From Pocillopora damicornis (Eukaryota): 64,000 bases of DNA. The notes beneath the pieces are model-generated. The model saw nothing but the letters and a program-made list of their open reading frames with translations. It ran no database searches and was not told the DNA's origin. Below are positions 13,802-26,300 of the stretch, piece after piece. The DNA lies in the NCBI RefSeq assembly GCF_003704095.1, contig NW_020846475.1, forward strand, positions 310,001-374,000, given 5' to 3'. Position 1 is the first letter of the stretch; the number at the start of each line of letters is the position of its first letter. Position numbers and translations under genes: made by a program.

Positions 13802-16800
13802 TTGATTTGAGAATACTGAAAGCAAAAAATTTTCAATTATAATTATACTAGCTAAACCATTAGCTGGGACAAAAAGAACTACATAGGATTAAAGCGTCTT
13901 TTTTTAATACCCTCATTAGGCTCGGTCTCATTTTTGGTAATGCATGGTCTTACTGGCCGAAGCCTAGTCTTTCGCGCAGTTTTCTAGAGATTTGAATAGT
14001 AATAATATTTCACGTCGGCGTCTCAAACACGTAAAGTATCGACATACTTAAAGAACTGCGCGGCATAAGATCTACTTGCGTCAAAAATATTTTCATAATG
14101 TGTTTCGGCTTGCTTTAGTTACATAATTTGTTACGTCTCTCGTAAAAAGTTTACAATGCGCGTTAAGAAAGGAATCAAGTCCTTAGTTCCAGTTGCTTTT
14201 CACTTTTTTGTGTCGTATTTGCTTGCACCTTAGTTCTGTTTAGTTTTCTTTCCTGCAATATTTACCCAAATGTCGCAGTCGGGAAGTAAAGTGAATATTT
14301 TAATTCACGACTTTAACTTCGTGTTATTGTCGATTTTTTTTTAATTTCATCTAATCTTTGCCAAGTTCAAAAGCGATTGATCGTTTTGTGAAGGAAACTA
14401 CAACATGCTACTTCGATGAATTTATAACCGACTATAAAAAATGGCTGCAGATGGCAAAATCTTCGAGGTGATTATTAGGGATTAGAAACCACTGAACTGA
14501 GGAATTTAGATTTGTATTTTTCAAGATCTAAATAGCATAACACCTGACTTTTGTTGGAGGAAATCGATGGTCCAAAAGATACTTTTTCAATCCCGCATCC
14601 CGCCGCCATTTGCAATGAACATTTTCATCTTGATCCCGCCAGGTTAAACCCAAGTTGTTTTGGTTCACCGCCAGCTGATGGACAAATTATAGCCTTTACA
14701 ATACTGATAATGTATTCTCGTTATGCCGAAATGCAAAGACTTGCTTAATGCATATTTAGCCGGCTTGAAAATCGGTTGTTCTTAGGTGCGTTTAAGTGAG
14801 ACAAAAGCTGCACCCAAGAAAAGACCAACAGAAAAGCTATCCTTGTTTAAATAAATAAAATTCTTCAGCCGATCGCACAACAACGGAAGTCATATCTCAA
14901 AGATATATCATCAACATCATAGAAAAAATAAAAGCTTCCGAAAGAAGTGATACTCGTCTCAACGGACGTTAGGAGTTTATACACGAATAATCGAATCTTA
15001 CTCTTTGTAATAACGCAATACTATCCAAAAGTTCCAAACTGCAAAGAAACCCTCATAAGCAAGTGGCATTTAGTTCTGCAACAACCATAGAAAGGGGCTG
15101 AATCACGCACACGTATTCAAGCGCACTATCTATTGTTAAAATTAACAGCAGTATTTGAAGGGTTGGAGACGTTCGTGACCAAACACATCGGTAACGGAAA
15201 TGGTGACAATTTCGCAAGTCATAAATATACCAATCAGGATTCTAGGTTAAATATTAAGCGATTGTCTCACTTTTTGTACAATTAGGTTGTTGATCCAACT
15301 CAACTTTATTAAGGACATTAATTTCATAAGTAAAGATTTTAAAAAGAGTAACTGATGATATCTTCGATACGGTTGTGATTTCTGGAAATACTTTTCAAGT
15401 CTCTGAGCTCGATAACGCTGTAAGCAGAGGTTTTAATAACTTTTATTTCATAAGCGGCTTCCGAGGATCCAAATAGGCGGCTAGGCCTGAGAAAGGACCA
15501 TAGGGCAAAACCAAAATTAAAAACAGTTCGCCAGACTGCCGCAGGGGTGACCGTCAGTAACAGGACCCCCTGTAAATGATTTACTAAAATCTTTGATATT
15601 CTATAGGTTAACTTAAAATACATGTCACGTCTAAATCAAACAACAGTCCTTGTACCTTTGTTATTAATAAACCAAAAGACAGAATTTTCGACGAGGTCAT
15701 TCGACCACGAAGTCGGGTTACGAAACGGCAGACGAACGCGATGAACTACACGAGGGACAGCCAGATATCGAAGAAAATCAAGGAAAGAGTTTAGAAGTCA
15801 TTACATTTCTCTAAAGTTTTCAATTAGAATTTAATTTGTCATGAGAGTGCCTTATCCATGCTTTAGGGTTTTTACAGTTGTAATTTAATAATATTTCGTT
15901 TCCGGGTAGCTCGATATGTTGCACGCTATAAGCTGTGAAATGTTGTCCTTATTTTACTAGCCTTTTATGATCAACAAAGCGTCATCGAGCAAACCATCTT
16001 CGTTTACAGTATTAAGACAAGCATGTAATGATTAATTGCTAAATCTCGTGCGTCAGAAACAATTAAAACACGAGCACAATGGTTTGGTAAGGGAAGCTTG
16101 GACTACTATCACACCAACAATGATATTGATATATTTTCAATCACAGGAAGAAGAAAAAAAAAGTTCAGCTCCTTCTGAAGAATGCCGATATTTGTCCATT
16201 TTTTTACTTCATTAAAACGTTCCTTCAGTAAAATAACTTTCATATTTAATGATAATAAACATTGTTAGCAACATAATACGAAGTTGAGCCCGTGTTAACT
16301 AGCAATGGAGTTATGTCGATTGATGCCCAAAGGGAGAGGTATGTTGCTTTCTCAATGGTCGCGATGATTGCAAAACAATAATTCGTAGCAGGAAGAACAA
16401 AGGGCAGGCGTTCATGGAAAAACAACACCCCATTCAGTGATTGAATATCCCGCACGTTTTGACCTGCAGGTTAAAACTACGATCGCAAACACGCCCCAAT
16501 TTTGACCAATCACAATCATCCGCGCGTTGACGTACAGTTCAAAGAGAAAGTCTGCTTAGTCGCTCTGATACTAAACTCGTTTACTCGCGGATATCACAGT
16601 GATAGCAAAGCAACTGCTTCAAAATAACAAATTAATAATAACTAGAATGCACTATAAAGTGAAATAAGCATTCAATGTCTATTCCGATAGTTTAAAACAC
16701 AGAGAAACCGCATTTAGGATACGTCTGCCATTAGTCATGTAGAATCATGTCTAATTAGATTCTGCTCACTGTAACAGAAAAAGATAATTCTCCGAAAATA

Positions 16801-16879
16801 AAATATTGAAGCTCGTGGACTTTGAACGAAGCTTTAAGTCTATCAAGTAACCTTACAGCTTGCCCTTGAAACACCTTAC

Positions 16880-17012
16880 CTGAAGCAATTGGTTTGCTAC
16901 TTGGGATCTCGAAGTACGCTTGCCCACCTCAGGCAGATGCGACACAGTGACACAAATAATTTATGGGTTTGGGGACCATATTTATGCTAAATTACAATCG
17001 CTCTGATTGGTC
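16880..17012 (-). promoter_or_regulatory. Probable promoter and non-coding first exon of the DRE-TIM/EF-hand gene
   Basis: On the minus strand: CCAATCAG (about 17003-17010), TATA-like CATAAATA (about 16979-16986) and a strong donor CAG|GTAAGG at 16880. A matching acceptor (tttttgctttcag) lies at about 13817, just before the ATG. Confidence 0.55.
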
Positions 17013-18712
17013 AATATTTATAGCCTGCGTGGGTTTGAAGAGCTGGCCACGGATCTTATTGAAATATATATTGTTTTCGATTCCACGCTTGATAACTTGA
17101 GATTAACTTCGTTAATGTACCATCAAGAAGTGTGCAGCCGTGCGTAACACATTGAAAATAGTGAATGGATTCTGCAAACGACGGAGTCAGGGAATGTCTA
17201 ACCACAAAACAATTTTCTTTGCTTCGTTTATTCAAGGTGGGCAAGTAGTATTTTAATGACCTTTATATGTAAAGATTTCGGGTCGTGAGGTATTTGTACA
17301 CCATTAAAGCAAGAGTTACCATAATTATTGTCCGAAGTTTTCATGCACGAGAGTTTTCAGCCATAAGTAGGGATGTACGCTTACAAGAATGCCGCATTAA
17401 ACAGCATCGAAGGTAATCATTTCCTCTAAATCCAACATCTCAGCTGAGAGGTCATATTTAATTCACCTTTCAAGTGGCAGTCTATTATTCCACGTGATTT
17501 TGATTTGTACACCTACGCAAAACAACGCCCGAATGCTCAATGGAATAAAACCACAGGAAACGGGGAGGGCTTAGAAGAACAGTTACGAGTGCAGCCTCTT
17601 TGTCACTAGAATTTCGCTCGAATGCACCGAAAATTGAAAATTTACGGGTAAATCCTTGACTACATGCCAGAATTTTTGCAATGTTATCGCGTTGAAGTTT
17701 GCAATAACTTGCAAACATCGGGAGACACTCCTGATGTCGTGCAATATTGTTAATTTAAAATGACTTGTTTGTCTAACTCGGTACATTTCATTTTCCATGT
17801 TTAAAATATATCTGCATAAAAATTAATGACCGCTTGGAATGACCGCAGTCGGTATTGCACTGGTAAAGTTACAGCTTTCGATATCAAGTGTCCACAGCAC
17901 TTCGGATATTCTACCTAACTAAAATGACGTTCCATAGAGATCGTAGGTAGCTGGCTATTTTTTTTTTCAGATTGTATTAAAACTTATTGACGAAAGTAAG
18001 CCGCAAAAGGCTAAGGGATCAATCCCTTGACCTTTTACGGCTTGGTAAACGTTGTGATTGGCCAATTTCCATGGTGTGTTCGAGTCTGATGCAAACACAA
18101 GACATGGTTGAGGTCATATCATCGTGGGATGTCAGACAATAGAGTAAATCAACAAGCCTTCTATTAACAAAAATTCTGAAATATGATTGGCCACCCCTCT
18201 AGTTCTCTGTTGCGTAGTAGGCAATGCAGAGAGTGAGTACGTGCGGTTGTAAAATATGAATTTGTTTTGATGTTAGGGCTCTAACTCCCAATATAAAATT
18301 CGTTCTCCATTTCTCTACGTGATATGTCTATGGAGAACAATATATTCGGCTTCGCCCTAACTTGCGATCATGTTTTTCATGGAGTCTGGGTTTGAGGAGG
18401 GCAGAGGCCTTTGTTCATTTTTTATGTGGTCACAATCTGCACTTATTTGTACATGAAAGCGCAAACCCGCGATTAGATGACAAAGTTTGCTGAACGGATA
18501 GTCGTCGAGAGTCCCGCCAAGTTGAAAGACTCTCGAAACACAAACAACTCGAGATTATTTTTTTCAGTTTATAGGTAGGGATCACGCCCTGAGCGTGCAC
18601 ACAAGTTTTTTTTTTCTAATTTGTTGTTTCTGACACAAAATCGACCTTCGTGTAATCAATAGCATATTATTGTAGAGCATGGCTCGAAACGTACACATTC
18701 CAGCACGTTTGC

Positions 18713-18914
18713 AATAGGCCTTATTCGTATTCCCGGACTGGTCTGGGACGAGTGTTTTGTTTCNNNNNNNNNNNNNNNNNNNNNNNNNNNNNNNNNNNNN
18801 NNNNNNNNNNNNNNNNNNNNNNNNNNNNNNNNNNNNNNNNNNNNNNNNNNNNNNNNNNNNNNNCGACATCGTGCACTCGCCCAAGGCCGTCCGGGAATAC
18901 GAATAAGGCCTATT
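18713..18914. mobile_element. TIR element (MITE) spanning an assembly gap
   Basis: A perfect 26-bp inverted repeat, AATAGGCCTTATTCGTATTCCCGGAC / GTCCGGGAATACGAATAAGGCCTATT, flanks the 100-N gap. Confidence 0.8.
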
Positions 18915-21900
18915 CTCGTAGCTTTGTAAGGAAATAAACTTGAGCGATGAGAATGCTTGCTATCCGAAGTGAGAAAACCGTGACAGAATTCGAGGCCAGG
19001 TAAGTTTTAATTTCAATGAGAAAAATTCGGAATTTAGAATGTTGGTTATATATCTAAAAAAAAAAACTTGGTATGAAAAAAAAAATCCTGTAAAGCATCC
19101 TTTGATGTTATCAGTTGTACTTTGCACGCTTTGTTCAGTTGACGTCTGGAACGCGCTATAAATAGCATATTTTCAGGGATCTGCACCCTGCTGGGAAACG
19201 ACTGTACTCAAAAAAGCTTGTTTCATTTAGGCTACAAAACGTGAGCTCGGTCTGATTGCATAACCAGTTTCAGAAGAATGAGACTTAAATCACTTTTAGT
19301 CTTATTTTTAAAAGGCAAAACGTTAACAAATACTTGTTATTCAAAGTCACGACGAGGCCAGCTGCTTATTGTAAACATAGACATAAGACGCATGCTAGAG
19401 TTACGTGTTTTGGATGGGTCGGTTGAAATGGGACTCTAAATAACTGATGTTTGCATCTTTATTGAAGAAAAATAGCATTTACTTTCAAAATATTCCGATG
19501 AAAATATCGTTCAATGGAGAGCACGCTCTCCAAGCACAGGAATCTTAGCTTCTTGACCGCGCTTCGGTATAAAGCGGAAGTCACATGAGGTCTCAACGGA
19601 CTTCTGAGTCTTCTTCTTCCGAAGAGGATCTATAAGAACTACCATTTGTTGATGTTTTGACTGCAGCCTGCAAGTCCTCTTCATCATCGTCTGAACAGCT
19701 GAAGAAGACTCGCGGTAAGCAGTCGAAACGTTGCGATCCACATCCGAAGTTCATCCAGGGACGAACGGTCACACATTACATGGAAAGTGTATTCACTTCA
19801 ACGATAAATCGAAATTTAGGAAGAATCTCACGCACACTTAACCGTCAGGTAGCCTGTAGTGCAGGTGCCTCATTAATGCGAGCTAACGTTATAAGCTCGC
19901 AATCGTTTATCCGACCGGCCATGTTTGAGTTGGAGCTAGAGTGGATGGTTGAGGTAGAGGGTAGGGGGCTGGGGAACGGCGAAAAAAAAACTCTGCACAC
20001 TTTTTATTAACAATTTACACACTAACATCAGTAAAGGTTTTCTCCATACTGTTTCCATACGTTCTTTAAGGTGCTGACAGGGAGAGTTTGTTTAACAATC
20101 AAAAGCTTCTCTAGCTGCTGATAATTTTCTTTATTCTCGTGACCTTACTGCATGATTCAGAGGTGATATTGTAAATCAGATGTTAGTCACTCTTAGGTGT
20201 TAAAGGGTTAAACTTGGAGCGTGACGAATTCGTTCTTAGCAGGCGTGGGCTTCTTCTTTTACGAATCCCGTATTGGTCCGTATTTAGACCTTTTTACGCC
20301 TGTTTCGCCGTGTTATATGACGGTGGATGGCAAACAAACTAAACAAATTGCGAGCCAAACAAGATACAGACTAAACAAACCCAGGAAAAAGCGACGCATT
20401 TTATTTTTGGACCTGTCATTTTTAAGTAATGCAGCCCTGACTTCAAATAGATTTGCATAATTCTGGAAGTGCTACAGCTGATTGCTTCTTCAACACCTGG
20501 CGTTGAATCCTGTATTGAATAAAGGTGTTATTTATTGAACTGTTTTTCATGCAAACCCAGCTAGCATTCTTTGACTTACTATAGCCTTGTGCAATCACTT
20601 CACCGAATTCCCTATGTCCCCCAGACGGAAAATTTGGTCTTGTTTGATTGATGGTTTATCTAAAGTTGTCGATGAAAATTCAACTCTTTGAACAAGTCGT
20701 TGATTGAAAATTCAATTCTTTGAATAAATTGAAAATTGAGGCAAACATAGCTTAAATACTCAAGCTTAAGACGCAATCCGTGAAACTTGCAGATTTTTCC
20801 TGAGCAGCTACCACATTGTTCTTTTGATAGACTGTAATACCGGCGGATAAACAAAATCAGGGGTGCTGGCTCGCTAGTTTTCTATCACAGTTTCTCGGTA
20901 GGTTGCTTAGCAGGAACTCGCGGTTAAATTGGTCGAAAGTTGGCAGTAAAATGCAGATGCCAAGTCGCGTTATGCACGTGCACGGCCGTGCGCCATGGAG
21001 ACGTAGACCCTTACAGCTCAATAGGAGTGAAATAAGAAAATCACACGCGCATGTTATAATTTATCCTTAAGCACGGAGTAGCAGCCATTAGTAAACACGC
21101 CCCTTAAGCAAGCGAATCTTAATTTCTTGACTGCGCTTCAGTATAAAACAGAATTCTCGAGAGGTTTTAACGAGCTCTTGAGTCTTAGAAAAATATGAAG
21201 ATCTCCATGAAATATTGTTGTTTGTCTCACGATGTCTTAACTTACGACGTAAAACGTGAAGTTTCGATTGCACGCCTTCTTCGTCGCTTGAAGGTAATAC
21301 GCCTTATGCAGTCGAGACGTCACGATATACTTTCGAAGTGAGGTAAACGATCCTAATTCATTTATGAAGTGTATTCACCATAATGCCGTGCAACCGCAAC
21401 CTATTTTACAGTATAAAGAAGACCATTTCACCTTACCTGAAAATTTTTGCGAAGATTCTTTTACGCCTCAGTTGCTGAAAGCGCAAAGACTGGTCGGTTT
21501 CCAGGAAATATAATGCGCTAAATAGAATCTTAGTTGTATTTTGCATAAGCTATCATAGCAACGGTGTTCTTTGCACAATTATGTCAAATTATAAAGGTGT
21601 TCATTGGCTAATTGATTAGCAGGCTAATCTCTAGAACAGTATCAATTACTTGTTTATCCGCATCTGGAATAATTAAAGATGTTTGACTTAGCTTACTAGC
21701 TATCTGTCTTTGACAAGCTTTTCGCTCGCACTTTCACAAAATTCCCTATTTCTGGCCTCGTCTCCGAAATTTTTTGTGTCTCTTCAGAATTGAAAGTATT
21801 CTTACCAGACAATTTTGGAAAAAATCTTTAACGCCTGGCTGAAAACTCGATGGAGACTAATCGGTTTCCAAGAAATTGTATGCACAAAATAAATCTTAGT

Positions 21901-21932
21901 TGTAAATATGCATATGTCATTGCAGCAACAGA

Positions 21933-22285
21933 AGGAAGTTTAAGAAACGACGATGGCGACGCCGTGGACGAAGTCGGTTAAAAAATGAACTTATACTTTA
22001 CCTCCAAATCTCGCGATTCTCTTAAGTTATTTAGTTTGTTTTTCACTGTTAAAACTATCTCGAAACTGAATAGGGAACACGGTGTTAAATTAGAAATAAA
22101 CATTTAAAAAATTAGCCGTCGTCGTTCACGTCCTCTAGACAAGTTTGGTCATTTCACGTTGTTGTTTTGCAGAGGACGCAAAGAAATTTATAAAGATTTG
22201 TAACGCACGTACACAGCCATCGTTCCTGCTCATTACCCTTTTTGTTGACGTTGCCGTTGCCGTTGCCGTTGCCGTCGTGGTTTCA
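21933..22285. mobile_element. MITE with GACGGC/GCCGTT-rich inverted ends
   Basis: The left end 'aagtttaagaaacgacgatggcgacgcc' and right end '(gttgcc)n gtcgtggtttcaag' are imperfect inverted repeats. Recalled as an abundant coral repeat family. Confidence 0.65.
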
Positions 22286-23341
22286 AGTGGTTCTCTCAAA
22301 CCCCCTAGTGTTCTTCTCACGACAACTCGATCTAAAGAAGGCCATGCTGCGAAATTTCGTGGGGTTCTTCTTAAATAACATGATTTTTAGGAAGACCACT
22401 GCAACGACTGAGCAGAAACTCGAGAAAATTTCCCGAGCAATTCCGATCTTTACAGTTAGGGATTCAAACCAGTAAATGACTTAGCGTTATTATTCCTCAA
22501 TTACACCATTTCACCATACTGGAGCACTGGAACGCTCTCAGAAACAAATATGTTGCTTCACAGCCTACGTAAGAGGCAAGGAACACTCCCTTTATTTTTT
22601 CGTTAAAACGCTCTGCGGCGTTGGGTCGAAAATCTAGTTGTAAAATTGAAAGACAGAGCAAAACCTATTTCTTTCGCGACCCCGCGCGCGTAAGAAGAAC
22701 CGCTGACATATCGTCATTCGCTTTTTCCTCTCCGAACGATCAAACGAAGAGCTCTTAACACTTTCTCTCCTTTCTTTGTCCATTTTGCTGATAAAATCAT
22801 GAAATTCAAAAGGCACATTACAGACTTTCAAACATGATTTATTGATATTTTTACAAACAAATGCGTTGTTGACAGTACACTTATTATAGAATATCCTCGT
22901 TGTTCTCAACTATTTGTTCCTATACTTTTCACATTTTTCCATTTTCCCAGGGAAATAATCGCCAGGGGGAGAATGAATGAACGCGAATACTCGCGAGCCC
23001 TGCTCACTTTCCTTTGGACACACAACTCGGGCACTCTCACGTGACACTTGGCCCATTATTCATTAATCGAGTTTTACTCAGGAGGCAAAACGAGTTATAA
23101 TCAATACAACCTGTTGGCATTATCTTATCAACCACGTCAGCCAAAATTCAGAGTTAAATAACTGTTATTATATCCCTAATTTTTGAATGAGAGTTTGACT
23201 TCACAGAAAACGTTTTTCCAATGTAACAACAATCTAGTAATTTCAGCACTATTTTTCAAACTCCTTCAAATGAAATGAGTAATAATCAGGCATGCAAAAA
23301 TTAACCCTAGATGTAAGCACAGTGTGAGGCATTCTTCTGTT

Positions 23342-26300
23342 TTAGGCCTTCAACTTAGCCAACATCTCCTCGATATCTGCATCCGATGTTCCCTTGGAAG
23401 CTGCCGCCCGTTGTCCTGTTGGTAATTTACCGCCATGCGCGGAAGGTGCTTCTGCCATCTAAACAAATGAATGCTCGTTTATTTAAAGGAATGAGTAAAT
23501 AAAATCTTGACGATTTCAAATGAAAACAACAGTCATGGCGTCTTGGACACCTTTCTTCGCCATTTTGGATCAATGTCACTGTCGGAGCAACTGCGCACCT
23601 ACCCCTCCCCTGACCCAACCACATTCAACTGATAACTAGTTAGAGTTAAAGTTGGGTTGGGGGAGGGGTACGTGCGCAGTTGCGCAGTTGCCCAAACACT
23701 GACATTTATCCGTTTTTTCCATAGACAATTCTAAATATAAAGTTCAGCTTTTTTGTCGTAGAAAAAAATTATTTATAATGGAAGGAGAACGTGAAGATGC
23801 ATGTTAAGAGGAAGACAAAATTAGCCACTTCTTTCTTCCCTGAGAAGGAGCCTGATCGAATTAACAATAAATGAATACATCGTATTTTACTTGAGGATGA
23901 GTTACCTAGCGGCAACTTGGTATTCAAATGCCATCTGCAGTTGAGACTTATGCATAAGAATAGGTTCAACATTTACAACTTTCTATTATTCTGATTGGAC
24001 TTCAATGATCACGTAATATGATGCCATCATGTGATTACACATGTCAAGCAGACCCTGATAGTAAATAACAGTTTGAAATTACCATACATAAGAAATGAGT
24101 TTGGAGTGAGAAAAGAACTAGGAAACTATGTTGAAGGAAGCAATAATGCTTTAGAGCCATTCCACATACCTTCCCAGATATTTCAATGCCGATCTCATCA
24201 AGAACTTGATTGACGATCGCATCCTGCTCCTCCTCATCTCCTGATTCATCTAATATTGACTCTAAAGTATCATTCACTAGAATAAAACAGAAAGAAGGGA
24301 AAATGCTAAAAACTTAGTTGATGTTAGATGATAAATATAGCTTAGTTTTATTTGTCAATGCAGTATTCCTTTTATCTGGCTTACACCAACAAAAGGCTAG
24401 CACTATGAAACAGTTTCAGATCAAGGAAAGGAAGAGCATACACTCCCTCACATCTCCTCCATAATTTTTCAGTAACCACCAACGTTCCTTGGCAGAAAGA
24501 GGCTCTGAAAAAAAATGCCCTGGTCCAGGTGCCACCACAGACCTTTTGATACTGACTCCAGTGTACAGCCTGCCACTATTTTGGTTGCCATGACAAGTGG
24601 AAAAAGTTTCAGCATTGGAATTTGCTGCAAAAGTTATCGCTTTGACAACTTGTGTTTGGTGGTCATGCAAACAAAGCTGTAATGTTTTTCTCACTTAGTT
24701 AAAGTGAGTTAATTTTATTTCATCCAACACTATCAATGTTTCCTCCTTTTCTTCAATAACAAACTGTGACTAAATACAACTTCTGGCAATTAGGTCACAA
24801 AATGCTTCTTTGAAAAACTTAAGTTTATTGCCCTGTTTATGTCATGAAAGGTGGAGCAATTCCAGTTTTTCAAATTAAATGAGGTTAAATATAATTTAGG
24901 CTAGGTATTAAAAACAAAAGAAAATAGCACCAGCTGGCTTTAGGGTCACCTTCTCAGGTGGGATGCAGCTCAGTTGCTATGATGACCTCCTTCTTGCCAG
25001 GAAGAATGCTTCTCTCCTTTGTGGCTACCGTCACCTACACTCCACCACAATTTACTAAGCATTTAAAAAGACTTTGAAAGAACTTACTCATTTCTTCCTT
25101 CATGTCCAATTTTGAAGATTCCATTTCAAAGTTCTGCAGAGTTTGTTGTAATTGTGCTGGATTCATCTGGGCATTTACACTTCCCATGGTCTACAGAAAC
25201 ATATTACAATATGATAATCTGATTAAAAAGGATTGCCAGAGTAAAAGGACATCATGATAAGCAATTATTCACCTAGTATGCCATTTTACTATATCAACTA
25301 AAGGCAACAGAACCCACAAAACATACACCTTGGAGCAGAGCAGCTCTCTGTCATTTTGAGCTGTTTAATTATCCTAGGGTGTAGGTACCCTCTAGTTTTT
25401 CGTAATTACAATTAATAATTATTTTCTGTTTAATACATCCTTAATTGTTGTTGAGCACATTTGAGTTGTTGTTGTTAAACAAAAATACAAACAAAACACT
25501 GAGCAACAAAATGGCCCCTGGTTTTTTTCCTGTTGTTTAGAATTCTGACTGTTTCACCAGAAAACACATCAGGGCTTTTGTTGGCCGTAGAGGACACTTA
25601 ACTGATTTGGTTGTGTTGTTTTCATCTTTCCCACACACCTTACGCAATTGATACCATGCTAAGATAAAGCTGTTCAAAGTAACTTAAAAACTAGAAGCCA
25701 AAATACTAGAAATTGAAACAATTATAAACTAATAAATCCTTAGTCATACCTTAGTAGCTGTAGACATGGCACCTGCCATTTTTGCTGACGCGTGCATGGC
25801 TTGTGACTGGTGTCCAATGGCCATCACACGGGAACTTACAGTCATATTTTTAGTTTTCTGTTTTCGTAGATTAACCAGCTGCTTGGCAAGTGTTGTTGCA
25901 GCCTAAGTAAATGAATTTTCAACAGATAGATGTTAACTTTCCATTTGGATGAAAAAAACTGAATAATTCTCAGTTGAAGATGGTTAGAAAACACAAGTCA
26001 AATGAATGGTAGACCTTAACTTAGACTTATCTTATGTTATAATTTATGAAGTTTGTTGTATTCCATGCTGCATGTAATAAAAGAAAGACTCTTGTAATAA
26101 ATATTCTAAATGTTTGAGATTGGTTACATTTGTTTTGTGTTAACACTGCAATTTCATGGACTAATCACAGTTTGGTTAGGTTGGTCTTCATTTTAAAGCT
26201 GTGTTTTGAATTGTGGTGGAAAGTACAATGAAGACATCAAGGAAAAACCATTTTGTAATATTTTCATATTTACAATTTGTGTGAATGACATCAAACCTGT

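Noticed and set aside
15440-15780. GC-richer stretch with short hairpins (aggggtgacc...ggaccccc) as a possible structured ncRNA
   Set aside because: No recognisable RNA family motif or extended pairing could be established by eye.
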